A stretch of 64,000 bases of DNA from an uncultured Clostridium sp. (lineage in GTDB: Bacteria > Bacillota > Clostridia > TANB77 > CAG-508): contig CAKNNA010000001.1 in NCBI GenBank assembly GCA_930989765.1, positions 33,210-97,209 on the forward strand. The letters are read 5' to 3'. The notes below the pieces were generated by a model. It was not told where the DNA came from and searched no databases. It saw only the letters and a program-made list of their open reading frames with translations. A program made the translations under genes and the position numbers. Shown piece after piece: positions 32,124 to 41,876 of the stretch (position 1 is its first letter; each line of letters starts with the position of its first letter).

Positions 32124-33428
32124 ATGAAAATTGTAGTAGCAGGAACAGGATATGTAGGCCTAGTAACAGCAGTATGCCTATCAGAAATAGGACACAGCAT
32201 AACATGCGTAGACATAGTAGAAGAAAAAATAAATATGTTAAAAGAAGGAAAAAGTCCAATCTTTGAACCAGGCTTAGAAGAACTAATGCACAAAAACAAA
32301 GAAAGACTAACATTCACACTCGACAGCAAAACAGCATACAAAGATGCAGAAGTAATATATGTAGGAGTAGGAACACCAGAAAAAAAAGATGGAAGTGCAA
32401 ACCTAAAATATGTATATGAAGTTGCAAAGGAAATAGCAGAAAGTGTAGCACAAGATGTAATAATAGTAATAAAATCAACAGTACCAATAGGAACAAACAA
32501 AAAAATTGAAAAATACATAAAAGATCATCTAAAACATGATGTAAAAATCGAAGTAGTATCAAATCCAGAATTCCTATCACAAGGAACAGCAGTAAAAGAT
32601 ACTATGCATGCACAAAGAATAGTACTTGGAGTACAATCAAAACATGCTGAAAAAATAATGAAAGAAGTATATGATGGTTTTGGTCAACCCTATGTTGTAA
32701 CAAACAGAGAAAGTGCAGAAATGATAAAATATGCATCAAATGACTTTCTAGCACTAAAAGTATCATACATAAATGAAATTGCAAATCTTTGTGAATTAGT
32801 AGGAGCAAATATAGAAGATGTATCAAGAGGAATGGGATTAGATACAAGAATTGGAGACAAATTCCTGAAAGCCGGAATTGGATATGGAGGATCATGTTTC
32901 CCAAAAGATACAAAAGCACTTCACTGGCTTGCAAACTTCTATGATTATGAATTAAAAACAGTAAAAGCAGCAATAGAAGTAAACTCAAACCAAAAACTAA
33001 AATTAATAAAAAAAGCAAGAAAATACTACGAAACATTTGAAGACTTAAATGTAGCAGTATTAGGGCTAACATTTAAACCAAACACAGATGACTTAAGAGA
33101 AGCACCATCACTTGATAATATTCCAATTTTATTAGATGATGGAGCAAACATAAAAGCATATGACCCAATAGGGGAAAAGAAGTTCAAAAAAATATATCCA
33201 AAAGAAATAAAATATTGTAAGAGTATAGAAGAAACATTAAAAGATGCAGATATATGCTTCATATTTACAGAATGGGATTTTGTTAAAAACTTAGATATTA
33301 GTTTATATGAAAAACTAATGAAAACTCCAATTGTACTAGATGGTAGAAATTGTTATGATTTAGAAAAAATGAAAAATACAAATATCATATATGAATCTAT
33401 AGGAAGAAAAACAATTAATACAAAATAA
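32124..33428 (+). CDS. ugd: UDP-glucose 6-dehydrogenase
   Basis: MKIVVAGTGYVGLVTAVCL, NPEFLSQGTAVKD, GYGGSCFPKDTKAL catalytic Cys motif. Confidence 0.9.
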   Translation: MKIVVAGTGYVGLVTAVCLSEIGHSITCVDIVEEKINMLKEGKSPIFEPGLEELMHKNKERLTFTLDSKTAYKDAEVIYVGVGTPEKKDGSANLKYVYEVAKEIAESVAQDVIIVIKSTVPIGTNKKIEKYIKDHLKHDVKIEVVSNPEFLSQGTAVKDTMHAQRIVLGVQSKHAEKIMKEVYDGFGQPYVVTNRESAEMIKYASNDFLALKVSYINEIANLCELVGANIEDVSRGMGLDTRIGDKFLKAGIGYGGSCFPKDTKALHWLANFYDYELKTVKAAIEVNSNQKLKLIKKARKYYETFEDLNVAVLGLTFKPNTDDLREAPSLDNIPILLDDGANIKAYDPIGEKKFKKIYPKEIKYCKSIEETLKDADICFIFTEWDFVKNLDISLYEKLMKTPIVLDGRNCYDLEKMKNTNIIYESIGRKTINTK

Positions 33429-33655
33429 ATTTTTTGTTAGTATTTCTTTTCTAAAGAGCATATTTCCTTAAACATAACGGATATTAAAAATAAATTATGT
33501 TTGAGCTATTATATTATAGTATCAATTAAAATTTATTATTCTAAAAAAGGTCAAATAAAAGGTCGAATAAAATTATATAAAAAATAAAAAAATACTTGCA
33601 TTTTTTTAAACTTATATATATACTATAATGGTAATTTAAGTCCAAGGAGGAACTG

Positions 33656-34357
33656 ATGGAAGAATTAGATTTAAAAGAGCTATTTATGATTTTTTGGAAC
33701 AAAAAAATACAAATAATATTGATAGTAGCAATTTTTTGCGTAATAGGAGTAATATATACAATAGGGTTTGTAACACCAGTATATACATCATCAACAAGAA
33801 TATTACTAGTAGGCCAAAATTCAGATGGAACTAACACAACTCAAGATACAATAACTACAACAGACTTAACATTAAACTCAAAATTAGTTTCAACATATAG
33901 TGAATTAATTACAAGTAAAGACGTAGTAAGAACAGTTATATCTAATTTAAGCTTGCCAATTAGTGAAAGTGAATTAGAAAATAACATAAGAGTAACATCT
34001 GTAGAAGACACAGAAATAATAGAAATATCAGTAACAAATAGAAATCCAAATTATGCATACAGAATAGCCAACGAAATAGTAAATGTATTTGCAGATAAAG
34101 TCGCAGAAATCTACAACATAAACAATGTCAATGTAGTAGATGAAGCAGAAGAAAGCACAACACCATCAAACATAAACCACACAAAAGATGTAATAATCTT
34201 TGCATTTATTGGTATAGTAGTCGCAGTAATATATGCTTTAGTATTAAATATGCTAGATAATACTGTAAAATCAAGGGAAGAAATAGAAAAAACATATAAA
34301 ATCCCAGTAATTGCAGAAATTCCGCTAAATATAACAGAAAAAGGAGGAAATAGATAA
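33656..34357 (+). CDS. Wzz/CpsC-type chain-length determinant (BY-kinase transmembrane modulator)
   Basis: Two TM segments flanking a soluble loop; IDLKELFMIFWNKKIQIILIV N-terminus typical of Wzz/CapA; stop overlaps the kinase start. Confidence 0.8.
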   Translation: MEELDLKELFMIFWNKKIQIILIVAIFCVIGVIYTIGFVTPVYTSSTRILLVGQNSDGTNTTQDTITTTDLTLNSKLVSTYSELITSKDVVRTVISNLSLPISESELENNIRVTSVEDTEIIEISVTNRNPNYAYRIANEIVNVFADKVAEIYNINNVNVVDEAEESTTPSNINHTKDVIIFAFIGIVVAVIYALVLNMLDNTVKSREEIEKTYKIPVIAEIPLNITEKGGNR

Positions 34358-35358
34358 TGAAAAAAGAATTAATAGCACAAAAGGATCCTAAATCCCCAAT
34401 TTCTGAAATATTTAGAACACTTAGAACAAATATACAATTCATGAATGGTGGAAAAAAACTTCAAACTTTGCAAATAACATCAACAATGCCAGGAGAAGGA
34501 AAAAGTTATGTATCATCAAACCTAGCCGTAACATTTGCACAAGCAGGAAAGAAAGTAATATTAATAGATGCGGACATGAGAAAGGGAAGACTTTATACCA
34601 TATTTGAAGTAGCTCCAAGACCAGGACTTTCAAATTATTTATCTGGTATGGATGCAGATGATAAGGGGAATTTAGATATTTCAAATTATATCCAAACAAC
34701 AGAAGTTCCAAATTTATTACTAATACCAGCAGGAAATATACCACCTAACCCATCAGAATTACTTGTTTCACCACAAATGACACAATTATTAGAAGATTTA
34801 AAAGAAGTATGTGACTTAATAATAATAGATGGAACGCCTTGTGGCTTAGTTGCAGATTCAGTTATATTATCAAGAGTTGTTGATACAACAGTTATAGTGT
34901 CAGCTTGTAAAGAAACAAAAAAAGATAACTTAGATAAAGTAGTAAAAAACATACAAAATGTTGGTGGTAAAATAGCAGGAATAGTATTAAACAAAATACC
35001 AATTTCACCTAAAAAATATAGTCAAACATATTATTATGGATCAACAACAATGCAAAATGCAAAGAAAAATACAAGAGGAAAAAAGGCAATAGAGTATATG
35101 AATAATGCTCAAAATTTAAAAACAAGAGCTGCATCAAGTATGAATCCAGAAAGAAGAAATGTAAGACCAGAGCAAATGCGAAGACCAAAAATTGAAAAAG
35201 ATGGAAAACAATTAGAACGACCATCTTTTGTGCAAAAAAATGAAGAGCAAAAACAAAAAACAAATAATAATGATTATAATAAAACAATAGATATGACAAA
35301 TGATATTTTAGGAAAAATGAATTCTTATTTAGAGCAAGAAAAGAAAAATTTAAACTAA
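34357..35358 (+). CDS. CpsD/CapB-type bacterial tyrosine kinase with unusual basic C-terminal extension
   Basis: Walker A TSTMPGEGKSYVSSNLA, ILIDADMRKG, IIIDGTP; Tyr cluster YSQTYYYG followed by about 100 extra K/R/E/N-rich residues. Confidence 0.8.
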   Translation: MKKELIAQKDPKSPISEIFRTLRTNIQFMNGGKKLQTLQITSTMPGEGKSYVSSNLAVTFAQAGKKVILIDADMRKGRLYTIFEVAPRPGLSNYLSGMDADDKGNLDISNYIQTTEVPNLLLIPAGNIPPNPSELLVSPQMTQLLEDLKEVCDLIIIDGTPCGLVADSVILSRVVDTTVIVSACKETKKDNLDKVVKNIQNVGGKIAGIVLNKIPISPKKYSQTYYYGSTTMQNAKKNTRGKKAIEYMNNAQNLKTRAASSMNPERRNVRPEQMRRPKIEKDGKQLERPSFVQKNEEQKQKTNNNDYNKTIDMTNDILGKMNSYLEQEKKNLN

Positions 35359-35377
35359 CAAGAGAGGAAACAAGAAA

Positions 35378-36160
35378 ATGATAGACTTTCATACACATAT
35401 ATTACCAAATATCGACGATGGTTCAAGAAGTATAGATGAAACATTTAATTTAATAAAAGAAGCAAAAGAAGCAGGGTTTGATGGAATAGTACTTACATCA
35501 CACTATATAGAAAATTATTATGAAACAGATGTTCCAGAAAGAGATGTATGGGTACAAGCAATAAAAGAAAATTTAGAGCCAAAAGGTATAGATACCAACC
35601 TTTATCTTGGTAATGAAATATATATTTCTGATAATATGATGAGATTATTAGAAGAAGGAAAAGCATCAACAATAAATAATACTTGTTATGTATTATTTGA
35701 GATGCCATTACATGAAGAGCCGCTTAACCTTTATGATGCAATATATTCTCTTCAAGAAAATAAATTAATTCCTATTTTAGCACATCCAGAAAGATATAGT
35801 TTTGTCCAAAAAGAACCAGAACTAATAAATGATTTAATAGAAAAAGGATGTTTAATGCAAGCAAATTATGGGAGTATATTAGGTCAATATGGTGAAAAGG
35901 CAGAATTTATTGTTAGAAAATTTTTTGAAAATAATATGATACATTTTCTAGGAAGTGATGTACATAGACAAAACTCAATATATCCTAAAATTCCATTTGC
36001 TTTAGAGAAAATAAAACATATTATAGGTGAAAGAAAACTTGAAGAATTAACAACAATAAATCCAGAACTTGCTTTAGCAAACAAAAAGATAGAAATTCAA
36101 GAGCCACAAGAGGTTACTTTAACATTTAAAGAAAAATTATTAATGAAACTAAAAAAATAG
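35378..36160 (+). CDS. CpsB/Wzh PHP-family protein-tyrosine phosphatase
   Basis: MIDFHTHILPNIDDGS...AHPERY...GSDVH motifs. Confidence 0.85.
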   Translation: MIDFHTHILPNIDDGSRSIDETFNLIKEAKEAGFDGIVLTSHYIENYYETDVPERDVWVQAIKENLEPKGIDTNLYLGNEIYISDNMMRLLEEGKASTINNTCYVLFEMPLHEEPLNLYDAIYSLQENKLIPILAHPERYSFVQKEPELINDLIEKGCLMQANYGSILGQYGEKAEFIVRKFFENNMIHFLGSDVHRQNSIYPKIPFALEKIKHIIGERKLEELTTINPELALANKKIEIQEPQEVTLTFKEKLLMKLKK

Positions 36161-36294
36161 TATGTGATATAAAATATGACAATATAATATAACATAAAAA
36201 AATTAATTTAATGTAAATATAAATAGTTATATTAAGAACAAATTAAATAAATAGTGATAAAAAATATTAGAAAAATAAAAATTTATGAAAGGAA

Positions 36295-37668
36295 ATGACA
36301 AAAATGAGAAAATACTTTGGAACAGACGGTATAAGAAGAATTGCAAATACTGAGCTTACACCAGGGCTAGTTTATAAAGTTGCAAAAGCAGGTGCATATG
36401 TACTTGCAAAACATTCAAACCATACACCTACTATCCTAATAGGAAGAGATACACGTTTATCTGGAACTCTTATAGAAAGTGCTATGACAGCAGGTTTTTT
36501 AAGCTATGGTGCAAATGTAAAACTTTTAGGTGTAATACCAACACCTGCAGTAGCATATTTAACAAGAAAATTAAAAGCAGATGCAGGAGTTGTAATATCA
36601 GCATCACACAATACATTTGAATTTAACGGAATAAAATATTTTAGTAACAAAGGAATGAAAATAAAAGATTCTTTAGAAGAAGAAATAGAAGAAGTAATGG
36701 AATCTGGAAAAATAGATGAGCTAACTGCGATAAGTGATAAAATAGGAGTATCAGAAGATTCAAAAGACTTAATAGAAGAATATGTATATTTCTTTAGAAA
36801 AAATTTTGATGACAACATAGAAAAATATAATAGAGAAGATTTCGTGGTGGCAATAGATACAGCAAATGGTGCAACATATAAAGTAGCAGAAAAAGTATTT
36901 AAAACATTAGGTATAAACTATAAAATAATCAATAATGAACCAAATGGAATAAATATAAATGATAATTGTGGCTCAACACATTTAGGTATGTTAAAAAAAT
37001 ATGTAGTAGAAAATAAATTATCACTAGGAGTTGCATATGATGGAGATGGTGATAGATGTTTAGCAGTAGATGAAAATGGCGAAGAAATAGATGGAGACAA
37101 GATAATGGCAATAATTGCAGAATATCTAAGAAAAAAAGGAAAACTTTCAAAAGATACAATTGTTGCGACAGTTATGAGTAATTTAGGTCTTCATAAATAT
37201 GCAAGAGATAATGGTTTAGAATTACTTCAAACAAAAGTAGGAGATAGATATGTTCTAGAGGAAATGTTAAAAGATGGATTTAACTTAGGTGGAGAACAAT
37301 CAGGTCATATAATATTACTAGATTATAACCCAACTGGAGACGGAATTTTGACATCATTAATGCTTATACAAGCAATGTTAGAAGATAATAAAAAAGCATC
37401 TGAAGAAGCTAAAATAGTTAAATTATATCCACAGGTATTAATAAATGCAAAAGTAAATAGTGACAAAAAATATGATTATGATAAAGATGAAGAAATAAAA
37501 AAGGCAATAGAAAAACTAGAAAAAGAATTTGCAGGTAATGGTAGAGTCTTAATAAGACCTTCAGGAACAGAGCCATTAGTTAGAGTAATGATAGAAGGAG
37601 AAAATCAAGAAGACATTACAAAAAAAGCAAAAGATATAGCAAAATTAATAGAAGAAAAACTAAAATAA
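36295..37668 (+). CDS. glmM: Phosphoglucosamine mutase
   Basis: YFGTDGIRR, VISASHNTFEFNGIKYF (active-site Ser), GVAYDGDGDR, GGEQSGH; alternative start ATG 36304. Confidence 0.9.
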   Translation: MTKMRKYFGTDGIRRIANTELTPGLVYKVAKAGAYVLAKHSNHTPTILIGRDTRLSGTLIESAMTAGFLSYGANVKLLGVIPTPAVAYLTRKLKADAGVVISASHNTFEFNGIKYFSNKGMKIKDSLEEEIEEVMESGKIDELTAISDKIGVSEDSKDLIEEYVYFFRKNFDDNIEKYNREDFVVAIDTANGATYKVAEKVFKTLGINYKIINNEPNGININDNCGSTHLGMLKKYVVENKLSLGVAYDGDGDRCLAVDENGEEIDGDKIMAIIAEYLRKKGKLSKDTIVATVMSNLGLHKYARDNGLELLQTKVGDRYVLEEMLKDGFNLGGEQSGHIILLDYNPTGDGILTSLMLIQAMLEDNKKASEEAKIVKLYPQVLINAKVNSDKKYDYDKDEEIKKAIEKLEKEFAGNGRVLIRPSGTEPLVRVMIEGENQEDITKKAKDIAKLIEEKLK

Positions 37669-37809
37669 AAAACTAACATAAAAGATTGTAAATATTAAAT
37701 TATGTCTAGAAATTAAATTTTTAAAATTAATATGGTAATAAAAATATAAAATAAATAATAAATAGTCTAAAAATAAAAGGACTTTTACTAATGAAAAGGA
37801 GGGGAAGAT

Positions 37810-38151
37810 ATGTTTATATTTGATATAACAAATCCACTAACACTAATACTTATGCTGATTGTAGCAATTTTACTTATATTCTTATCACGAGAATTAAAAA
37901 AGAGTTACATAGCAGCTATTCCATTATGTATATTTTTAGCTATAGCAGTAATACATGGAGCACAATTATTAACTTTAGCAGAAGAATATAAAGACTTAGC
38001 TGGAAAATTAATGTGCTGTATAGGAATTGATTTTATCTTAATAGGAATTACATTTTTTGGATACCTATGGACTGATGATACAGAAGCAAAGAAAAAAGGT
38101 TTAAAAGGTATAGATAACAAAACATTACAATGGCTATGGAAAGATGTATAA
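37810..38151 (+). CDS. Small hypothetical membrane protein
   Basis: 113 aa with three hydrophobic segments; GGAGGGGA Shine-Dalgarno; no family recognised. Confidence 0.4.
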   Translation: MFIFDITNPLTLILMLIVAILLIFLSRELKKSYIAAIPLCIFLAIAVIHGAQLLTLAEEYKDLAGKLMCCIGIDFILIGITFFGYLWTDDTEAKKKGLKGIDNKTLQWLWKDV

Positions 38152-38156
38152 TAATT

Positions 38157-38241
38157 ATGAACTTTAGGGATGTTCCTTAAAGTTCATTTTTGTGTCAATG
38201 CTTTCAAATAATGAACTTTAAGGAATGTCCCTAAAGTTCAT
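38157..38241. repeat. Palindromic repeat family B pair (ATGAACTTTAGGGATGTTCCTTAAAGTTCAT / ATGAACTTTAAGGAATGTCCCTAAAGTTCAT); likely bidirectional terminator
   Basis: Two hairpin units at 38157-38187 and 38211-38241 between convergent genes; the first is followed by TTTTTG. The same pair recurs at 56567-56668. Confidence 0.8.
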
Positions 38242-38270
38242 TAATCTGAAAAGACTTTAAATTGAATTTT

Positions 38271-38957
38271 TTAAGACATGAGAGCTTTAACAATTAGGCG
38301 GTTTTTATTTAAATTGTTACAAGTAACTAATGTTAAGGTATGTTTATTAATATCAAAATCATAAATTGGAGAAAGGTCATTTTCCTTGACTTCAAAAATA
38401 TTATATATTTTATAAGAATATTGATGTTCTGAATTATCATAAATGATAATTTGGTCATCTTTTTTTAATCTATTTAAATTACTAAAAAATTCATTATTAT
38501 CATAATTATGTCCAGCAATACATAAATTCCCATAATTGGGTGGCATTTCACCAAAAAATCTACAAGGTGAAATTGAAAGGTAAGAATCATCTAAATATGA
38601 AAAAAATGGTAAATTTAAATCTAAAGAAGGTATAATGATATTACCTATAATATAATTTATATTTTCAGAATTTTTATTTAAAGAATCTTTATTAAGAATA
38701 TCTGTAGAAGTATAAATATTTTTAAAACTATCAAAATTAGTATATAACTTTAAAGTTTCATAATTTTCTGCAAGTTTGGAAGAAATATGTTTATTATTTT
38801 GCTTTTTTATATTAAAAGAAACAATAATAAATCCTAATATAACAACAAAACAAATAGAAATAAGTAAAATAATCGTATAATTTTTTTTATCATTTTTTTT
38901 TACATTTTGTCTATTTTTATAGTTATTAGAATTTCCAGTAAATAAAATTTGATTCAT
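38271..38957 (-). CDS. Sortase family transpeptidase
   Basis: N-terminal TM anchor; CIAGHNYDNNEFFSNL (His region), TLTLVTCNN (TLxTC catalytic Cys), trailing R in NRLIVKA. Confidence 0.8.
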   Translation of the reverse strand: MNQILFTGNSNNYKNRQNVKKNDKKNYTIILLISICFVVILGFIIVSFNIKKQNNKHISSKLAENYETLKLYTNFDSFKNIYTSTDILNKDSLNKNSENINYIIGNIIIPSLDLNLPFFSYLDDSYLSISPCRFFGEMPPNYGNLCIAGHNYDNNEFFSNLNRLKKDDQIIIYDNSEHQYSYKIYNIFEVKENDLSPIYDFDINKHTLTLVTCNNLNKNRLIVKALMS

Positions 38958-39108
38958 GTTTCACCTCTATTTTATCATTCCCAAAAAAACAAAAAATAAA
39001 TAAAAAACTTGAAAAAATAATGTTACTATGATATTATTTTTTAAAATAAAATATGTAATTTATATTATAAATATGGATATTTATGGAAAATATTTAAAAG
39101 GGGAAAAT

Positions 39109-41856
39109 ATGAAGAAAAGTGTAAAATTATTATTAATATTATTTATAGTACTTATTGCAATTTTGTGTGTGCAAACAAATTCAGAGGCTTCTAGTAAAAC
39201 CTTAGAAGAAGTAAAAATATACGCAATAGATCAGTATGATTCTTTGAAATACAAAATAAATATACCAAGCAATTTTATAACATCATATAATATTACTGTA
39301 CCAGAAAAATATAACGAAATAGATTATAAAGTAATAAAAGGATCAGAAATAATCAGTATTGACAATAATGGAAAAATAATTCCTAAAGCACACTTAACTA
39401 TGTATTTAGGAGGTGGTATATTTGATGCTTATGAATATGGAACAGCAACAATAAGAATAACTACTAATAACAATACATATGAACAAAAAATAACATTATT
39501 GGACTATAAAAATACTTATGCAAATGAAGTATTAGATAATTTTTTAAAAACAAATATAAAAAGTACAATGACAGAATATGAAAAATTAAAAACAATTTGC
39601 GAATATATAGCAAATAATTATAGTTATAGTGGAAACATATCAACATATCAAGGACTTGTCATAACTGGTGGAGGGGATTGTTGGGCAAATTCACAAGCAA
39701 TCATTTATATGTGTAATAAAATAGGAATAAATGCAAAATTACGTTATGCGGCAAATGATACAGGGGCAGGAAGTGGACATAGAAATGTTACAGTATATGT
39801 AGATGGCGAATATTATATTGCTGATGCAGGCTATACTGGGACTGCACCAAGATATTATAGTTTAGAAAAAGAGCAAGGAGGTTTCTTCTATTCTGTAAAT
39901 CAAGATGGAACACTTACAATAAGGCAATATGATGGATTTGAAACAAATGTTATAGTACCTTCTGAACTTTTTGGAAAAAAAGTAACAAAAATTGGCAGTA
40001 AAGCATTTTATGTAAGTTATTTATATTCAGAAACACAAATAGATACAGTAACATTACCAAACACAATAGAAGAAATAGAAGAGGGAGCATTTTCAGGGAT
40101 AGAAACATTAAAATCTGTAAATATACCAAACAGTGTAAAAACAATGGTTGCGCCTTTCTATGATACTCCTAATTTAAAAATTAATATTTCTTCATCACAT
40201 CCATATTTTATACTAGAGAATGATATAATATATAATAAAAATAAAACAGAACTTATAGAATGTCTTTCAAAAGAAGAAAAAGACATAATTATTCCAGATA
40301 CAGTAAAAAAAATATGCATAAAAGCATTTACAAGGAGTAAAGTAAAGACTCTAAAATTAAGTAAAAATTTAGAAACTGTTTCAAATCAAGCATTTTATAA
40401 TTGTGTTGGACTAAGAGGAATAGAAATTCCTGCAAGTGTAAAAACAATTGAGTACCAAGCATTTGGAGCACCTCAATTAAATTCTGTAATAATACAAGAT
40501 GGTTGCACAGCAGAGGTAGTAGAGTCAGCATTTTATGATCTAGAATATATTAGAATACCAAGTACAATTACAAAAATTGATAAAAAAGCATTTGAATATC
40601 ATAATGATTTGGTAATATGTGGAAAGCTAAATTCTTATGCACAAAGTTATGCTACAGAAAATAATATAAAATTCGAAGTAGAAGACAGTAAAAAAGAAAT
40701 AACGCCAGGAATGATAGTAATAGAAAATACCAATTTTCAATATAATGGAAAAAAACAAGTACCAAAAGAAACAATTTACTTTGGCAGTGTAATATTAAAA
40801 GAGGGTACAGATTACATATGCACTTATTCTACAGATTCTATTAATGTAGGTGAATATGAACTAAAAATAACTGGAATAGGAAAATATAAAGGAACACAAA
40901 ATATAAGTTATTCTATAAGAAAAGCAGAAAATGAATTTGATTTTATTTGTGAAGATATAACATATGGTGAAAAAGTAAACCCAATAGTAACAAAAAATTT
41001 ATCTTCAGAAAAACCCATTTTTATGTATAAAACATCACAAGATGCTACATGGGCGACATCAACTATGCCAAAAGATGTAGGAACATATTGGATTATAGGT
41101 CAAGTTAGTCCATTTGACAATTATTACTATAAACAAGTAGAGAAAGCATTTAAAATTTTACCTGCAAAAAATGATTTAAAAATAAATTGCCCAGATGTAC
41201 AATATGGACAAGAAGTTTCACCCACTATTACAAGAAATACTTCAGGAGGAAAAGTAACATATTATTATAAAATAAAGGGAAGTAGTGATAGCACATATAC
41301 AAAAACTATTCCTACAAAAGTTGGAACATATACATTAAAAGCAGTTTCAGAAGCAACTAAAAATTATAAAAAAACAGAAGTAATTCTAGACTTTAAAATA
41401 ACAGAAATACCAGTTACAAATATTACATTGAATAAAACTAACTTAATATTAGAAAATGGAAAAACATATACTTTAACATATAAAATAACTCCAAGTAATG
41501 CAACACAAACAAAAGCAACATGGAAAACATCAAATTCTGCCATATGTACAATAGATAATGGAATAGTAACAGCAAAATCAGAAGGAACTGCAAAAATAAC
41601 AGTGACAATTGGAGGAAAATCACAAATTTGTAATATAACTGTTGTAGAAAATCTAGGATATGTATTAGGAGATATAAATAAAGATAAAAAAATAGACATT
41701 AAAGATGTAAAACTTGCACTTCAATATTCTTTAGGAAAAATAGAGTTAGACAGTAACCAAGTTTTAGCAGGTGATGTGAATAAATCTAAAAATATTGACA
41801 TAAAAGATGTAAAGAAAATTTTGCAGTATTCGCTTAAAAAGATAACTAAATTTTAA
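39109..41856 (+). CDS. Large secreted protein: transglutaminase-like Cys-protease core + BspA-type LRRs + Ig-like repeats + Big_2 + C-terminal dockerin
   Basis: Signal peptide MKKSVKLLLILFIVLIAILCVQTNSEA. GGGDCWANSQAIIYMCNKIGINAKL...GHRNVTVYVDGEYYIADAGY (Cys-His-Asp transglutaminase core). LRR_5 repeats LPNTIEEIEEGAF/IPNSVKTM. Big_2 at ITLNKTNLIL...AKITVTIGG. Dockerin GDINKDKKIDIKDVKLALQYSLG...GDVNKSKNIDIKDVKKILQYSL. Confidence 0.75.
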   Translation: MKKSVKLLLILFIVLIAILCVQTNSEASSKTLEEVKIYAIDQYDSLKYKINIPSNFITSYNITVPEKYNEIDYKVIKGSEIISIDNNGKIIPKAHLTMYLGGGIFDAYEYGTATIRITTNNNTYEQKITLLDYKNTYANEVLDNFLKTNIKSTMTEYEKLKTICEYIANNYSYSGNISTYQGLVITGGGDCWANSQAIIYMCNKIGINAKLRYAANDTGAGSGHRNVTVYVDGEYYIADAGYTGTAPRYYSLEKEQGGFFYSVNQDGTLTIRQYDGFETNVIVPSELFGKKVTKIGSKAFYVSYLYSETQIDTVTLPNTIEEIEEGAFSGIETLKSVNIPNSVKTMVAPFYDTPNLKINISSSHPYFILENDIIYNKNKTELIECLSKEEKDIIIPDTVKKICIKAFTRSKVKTLKLSKNLETVSNQAFYNCVGLRGIEIPASVKTIEYQAFGAPQLNSVIIQDGCTAEVVESAFYDLEYIRIPSTITKIDKKAFEYHNDLVICGKLNSYAQSYATENNIKFEVEDSKKEITPGMIVIENTNFQYNGKKQVPKETIYFGSVILKEGTDYICTYSTDSINVGEYELKITGIGKYKGTQNISYSIRKAENEFDFICEDITYGEKVNPIVTKNLSSEKPIFMYKTSQDATWATSTMPKDVGTYWIIGQVSPFDNYYYKQVEKAFKILPAKNDLKINCPDVQYGQEVSPTITRNTSGGKVTYYYKIKGSSDSTYTKTIPTKVGTYTLKAVSEATKNYKKTEVILDFKITEIPVTNITLNKTNLILENGKTYTLTYKITPSNATQTKATWKTSNSAICTIDNGIVTAKSEGTAKITVTIGGKSQICNITVVENLGYVLGDINKDKKIDIKDVKLALQYSLGKIELDSNQVLAGDVNKSKNIDIKDVKKILQYSLKKITKF

Positions 41857-41876
41857 TAAAATAAGGGACTGATGAA

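Noticed and set aside
33541-33837. Minus-strand 98-aa ORF spanning the promoter region and start of the wzz-like gene
   Set aside because: It overlaps the well-supported Wzz start and an AT-rich intergenic region. Its product is low complexity with no start signals.
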